Notes under the pieces: generated by a model
Told to the model about the DNA's origin: nothing
Databases searched by the model: none
What the model saw: the letters and a program-made list of their open reading frames with translations, nothing else
Origin: Myxococcota bacterium
GTDB lineage: Bacteria; Myxococcota_A; Polyangia; Nannocystales; Nannocystaceae
Length of the DNA: 64,000 bases
Direction of reading: 5' to 3'
Assembly (NCBI GenBank): GCA_039028615.1
Contig: JBCCHT010000002.1
Location: 320,001-384,000, forward strand
Shown: in pieces, positions 61,427 to 64,000 of the stretch
Numbering within the stretch: the stretch's first letter is position 1
Layout: the number at the start of each line of letters is the position of its first letter
Translations under genes and position numbers: made by a program

Positions 61427-61940
61427 CGAGCCATCGTACCAGCCTCCGCTCGCTCGACGACTTTCGTGCGATTTCCCGACGGTCGATCGTGGCTCTGGAC
61501 CAATGTGGGGCTGACCGGACGCGATGCCGACAGGGATACACCTACGCGAGGCAGCGCGACCGCGCGACCGCGCGACGACACACCACCGTTCGTTCGACGG
61601 CCTCGGCTCGGCCATCGACACCGCGGGCCTGCTCGACATGGACGTCGCGGATCGGCACTGCGGCCGACGACGGCGGGACGGCGACCGGCGTCGATGCGCA
61701 CGGTCGGATCGACACACCCCGCGAGAGCCGATCGCACTGCGGCTGCCCCGCGCATCGCGGCGCGGGTCCCCCAACCGCGGAACGGGAGCCGTCCCGGCAT
61801 GCCGAGATCCCCCGCTCGACACCCGCTACCGCGTCTCAACCGGCAACCAGCCGCCGCTCAGCCGCCTTCGTAGCCCGGTTTGGGCCTAGGACCCGCGACG
61901 GGTTGGTGCTCGCGGCGGTTCCTTCGTACGCTAGCCGCTG

Positions 61941-62630
61941 GTGCAGGATCCGGGGCAAAAGTCATCGCCCAACGCGCTGCGGGAACTCGACGACTGGACC
62001 CTGTGGGAGCGCTGGCGGGACAACGATCGGCGGGCGGCCACCGTCCTGGTCGAGCGTTACTCCGGCATGCTCCATCGGTTCTTCCGCAACAAGGTGTGGG
62101 ACACCGAGGACGCGACCGAGCTCATCTCCGAGACGCTGCTCGGCTGCGTCGGTGCGCTCGACCGAGCGGAGCCCACCGGGCCGTTCCGGTCGTTCTTGTT
62201 CGCGATCGCGATGAACACCCTTCGTCGCTACATCCGGGTCACGTTCAAGCGGAAGCAAGAGGTCGAAGACTTCGACGAAGTCTGCGTGGGCGACATCGAC
62301 GACACGCCCAGTGCGTTCGTGTCCCGCAACTCCGAGACGCGGCTGTTGGTTCGTGCACTGCGACGACTACCGATGAAGTTCCAGATCGTGCTGGAGCTGC
62401 AGTTCTTCGAGCAGATGTCGGGCGCCGAAATCTCCGAGCTGCTCGGCATGCCGGCCGCGACCGTCTACACCCGGCAACGACGTGCACGGGCCAAGCTCCG
62501 CACCATCGTCGAGGACCTCGCCTCCACGCCCAGCGTCGCCCACTCGACGATGATGGGAATCGAGACGTGGGCCCATCAGGTGCGGGCGCAGCTCGAACCT
62601 CCGGCCGACGACGACGACGAACAAAGCTAG
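61941..62630 (+). CDS. ECF RNA polymerase sigma factor
   Basis: Region 2 (DATELISETL, FRSFLFAIAMN) and region 4 (ALRRLP...EISELLGMP.ATV..R..RAR). Confidence 0.9.
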   Translation: MQDPGQKSSPNALRELDDWTLWERWRDNDRRAATVLVERYSGMLHRFFRNKVWDTEDATELISETLLGCVGALDRAEPTGPFRSFLFAIAMNTLRRYIRVTFKRKQEVEDFDEVCVGDIDDTPSAFVSRNSETRLLVRALRRLPMKFQIVLELQFFEQMSGAEISELLGMPAATVYTRQRRARAKLRTIVEDLASTPSVAHSTMMGIETWAHQVRAQLEPPADDDDEQS

Positions 62631-62897
62631 TATTTTCGGGGCGTTGAACGCCGCGTCGGCTCGCGAAGAGCAGCGCGGTGTTCCGGGGTTCGGTCCCGAC
62701 TTCGACCCATCGGCGGCATGTCGAACACTGCCGGTTGGCCGGAGCAGCGGCGGCGGAACATCATGTTCGTCGACGCCGCCGTCCGGTCCCTCCCGATGCC
62801 GCACCGAGCGCTGGTACGTGAAGGTGCGTGCGTTCCCCATTCCCGCGCGCATGACGTACCCTCGTCGGGGCATCGAGCCTTCGTCTTCGTTCCAACG

Positions 62898-63704
62898 ATG
62901 GATGCACAGATCAAAAACCACCTCGCCGCGGGTCGCGAGCTGTACCAAGCCGGCGACTACGAAGGCGCACGAGCGCACCTCGAGGCGGTTCGCGAAGCCC
63001 ACGATGGCTTCGCCGACGTGCACAACATGCTCGGCTACATCCACTCCGAGCAAGGTCGCCCGGAGCAGGCCTGCGAAGCGTTCGAACGCGCGCTGGCCAT
63101 CAACCCGCACTACACCGAGGCGACGCTGAACCTGGCCGTGCTCTACAACGAGCTCGGGCGCTACGACGAAGGGCGCAAGCTCTACGAACAGGCTCACAAC
63201 TCGCGCGGCTCGGGGGGACTCGAGGAGCTCGAGCCCTTGGCCCGCGGCAAGATCGCCAACATGCACCGCGACCTCGCCGACGCCTACCTCGCGGTGGGAC
63301 TGGCCGACCACGCGATCAAAGAGCTGCAGAAGGCGCTGCGGGTGTGTCCTACCTTCGTCGACATACGGACGATGCTGGCCAACACCCTGCGGGAAGCCGG
63401 CCGCTTCGCGCAGTCGCTCGACGAGTTCCAAGCCATCTGCGACCTGTCGCCCGACTACCTACCCGCGCGTACCCACTACGGGGTCACGCTGTGGCGGGTG
63501 GGTCGAATCGCAGAGGCGCGTGCGCAGTGGCAAGAGGTGATGGAGCGCGATCCAGGGAACCGTAGCTGCCAGGTCTACTTGAAGATGACCGATGGGCAGA
63601 CCGATGCCCCCGTCGAGGTCGAACAGAGCGACGACGACGCCGACGAGGCCGACGCGTCCGAGGACTCACCCGAAGACGACGGCGAAGATCACGAGTCCGA
63701 GTAG
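62898..63704 (+). CDS. Tetratricopeptide repeat protein
   Basis: Tandem TPRs ([23 protein letters not shown]); acidic tail. Confidence 0.88.
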   Translation: MDAQIKNHLAAGRELYQAGDYEGARAHLEAVREAHDGFADVHNMLGYIHSEQGRPEQACEAFERALAINPHYTEATLNLAVLYNELGRYDEGRKLYEQAHNSRGSGGLEELEPLARGKIANMHRDLADAYLAVGLADHAIKELQKALRVCPTFVDIRTMLANTLREAGRFAQSLDEFQAICDLSPDYLPARTHYGVTLWRVGRIAEARAQWQEVMERDPGNRSCQVYLKMTDGQTDAPVEVEQSDDDADEADASEDSPEDDGEDHESE

Positions 63705-63750
63705 CCCCAGACCTGCCCGGCGCGGAGCCGATGGCATACCCTCCCATCGA

Positions 63751-64000
63751 ATGGTCGCGGCCCCTCCTCGCCCGCCCGAGTTTCTGAAACCCGCCCAGAG
63801 CTTGAGCAGCCGCTACGAGCTGCTCGGACGCCTTGGTTCCGGCGGCATGGCCGAGGTCTATCTCGCGCGCGCGGTGGGCCTGGCCGACTTCGAGAAGATC
63901 GTCGTCCTCAAGCGCATTCTCCCGGCCAAGCGAGACGACGCCCGCTTCATCGAGATGTTCCGCGACGAGGCCCGCGTCGCGGCCACGCTCGAGCACCCGA
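63751..64000 (+). CDS. Ser/Thr kinase, 5' part truncated by the window end (absent from the ORF track)
   Basis: Manual translation: MVAAPP...[19 protein letters not shown]...VVLKRILP...[15 protein letters not shown]. Confidence 0.9.
   Translation, partial: MVAAPPRPPEFLKPAQSLSSRYELLGRLGSGGMAEVYLARAVGLADFEKIVVLKRILPAKRDDARFIEMFRDEARVAATLEHP

Noticed and set aside
61427..61940. 515-bp gap with ORF 61524-61889 and a short GCGCGAC(C) triple repeat
   Set aside because: Arg-rich, motif-free translation; repeat too short to be significant; probably a divergent promoter region

Overview
GC-rich, densely coding bacterial window of about 52 CDS. Gene content points to a myxobacterium, most resembling Nannocystaceae (inference): six Hanks-type kinase or pseudokinase genes, many Cys-rich lipoproteins with Ser/Thr/Gly/Asp linkers, and a myxobacterial-type ECF sigma factor. 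Recognisable housekeeping and metabolic genes are rnd, sdhCAB, upp, xth, bamD, an M1 peptidase and an atuBCDEF-like acyclic-terpene catabolic operon ending in a BKACE/DUF849 gene. No rRNA, tRNA or CRISPR array was found. The most interesting candidates, all assigned from motifs read by eye without database searches, are: (1) a TIR-like/TM/Lcl(DUF1566) receptor translationally coupled to a caspase-fold His-Cys protein (20532-23122); (2) a translationally coupled DEDDh exonuclease plus Pol-beta nucleotidyltransferase pair (50739-52399); (3) a coupled kinase/pseudokinase paralog pair with Zn-ribbon, L7/L12-like, TM and helical domains (14203-18077); (4) an Rpn nuclease with a probable internal antitoxin start; (5) a tyrosinase plus His-rich DUF2182 module; (6) a structured RNA leader upstream of a lipoprotein (43390-43493).
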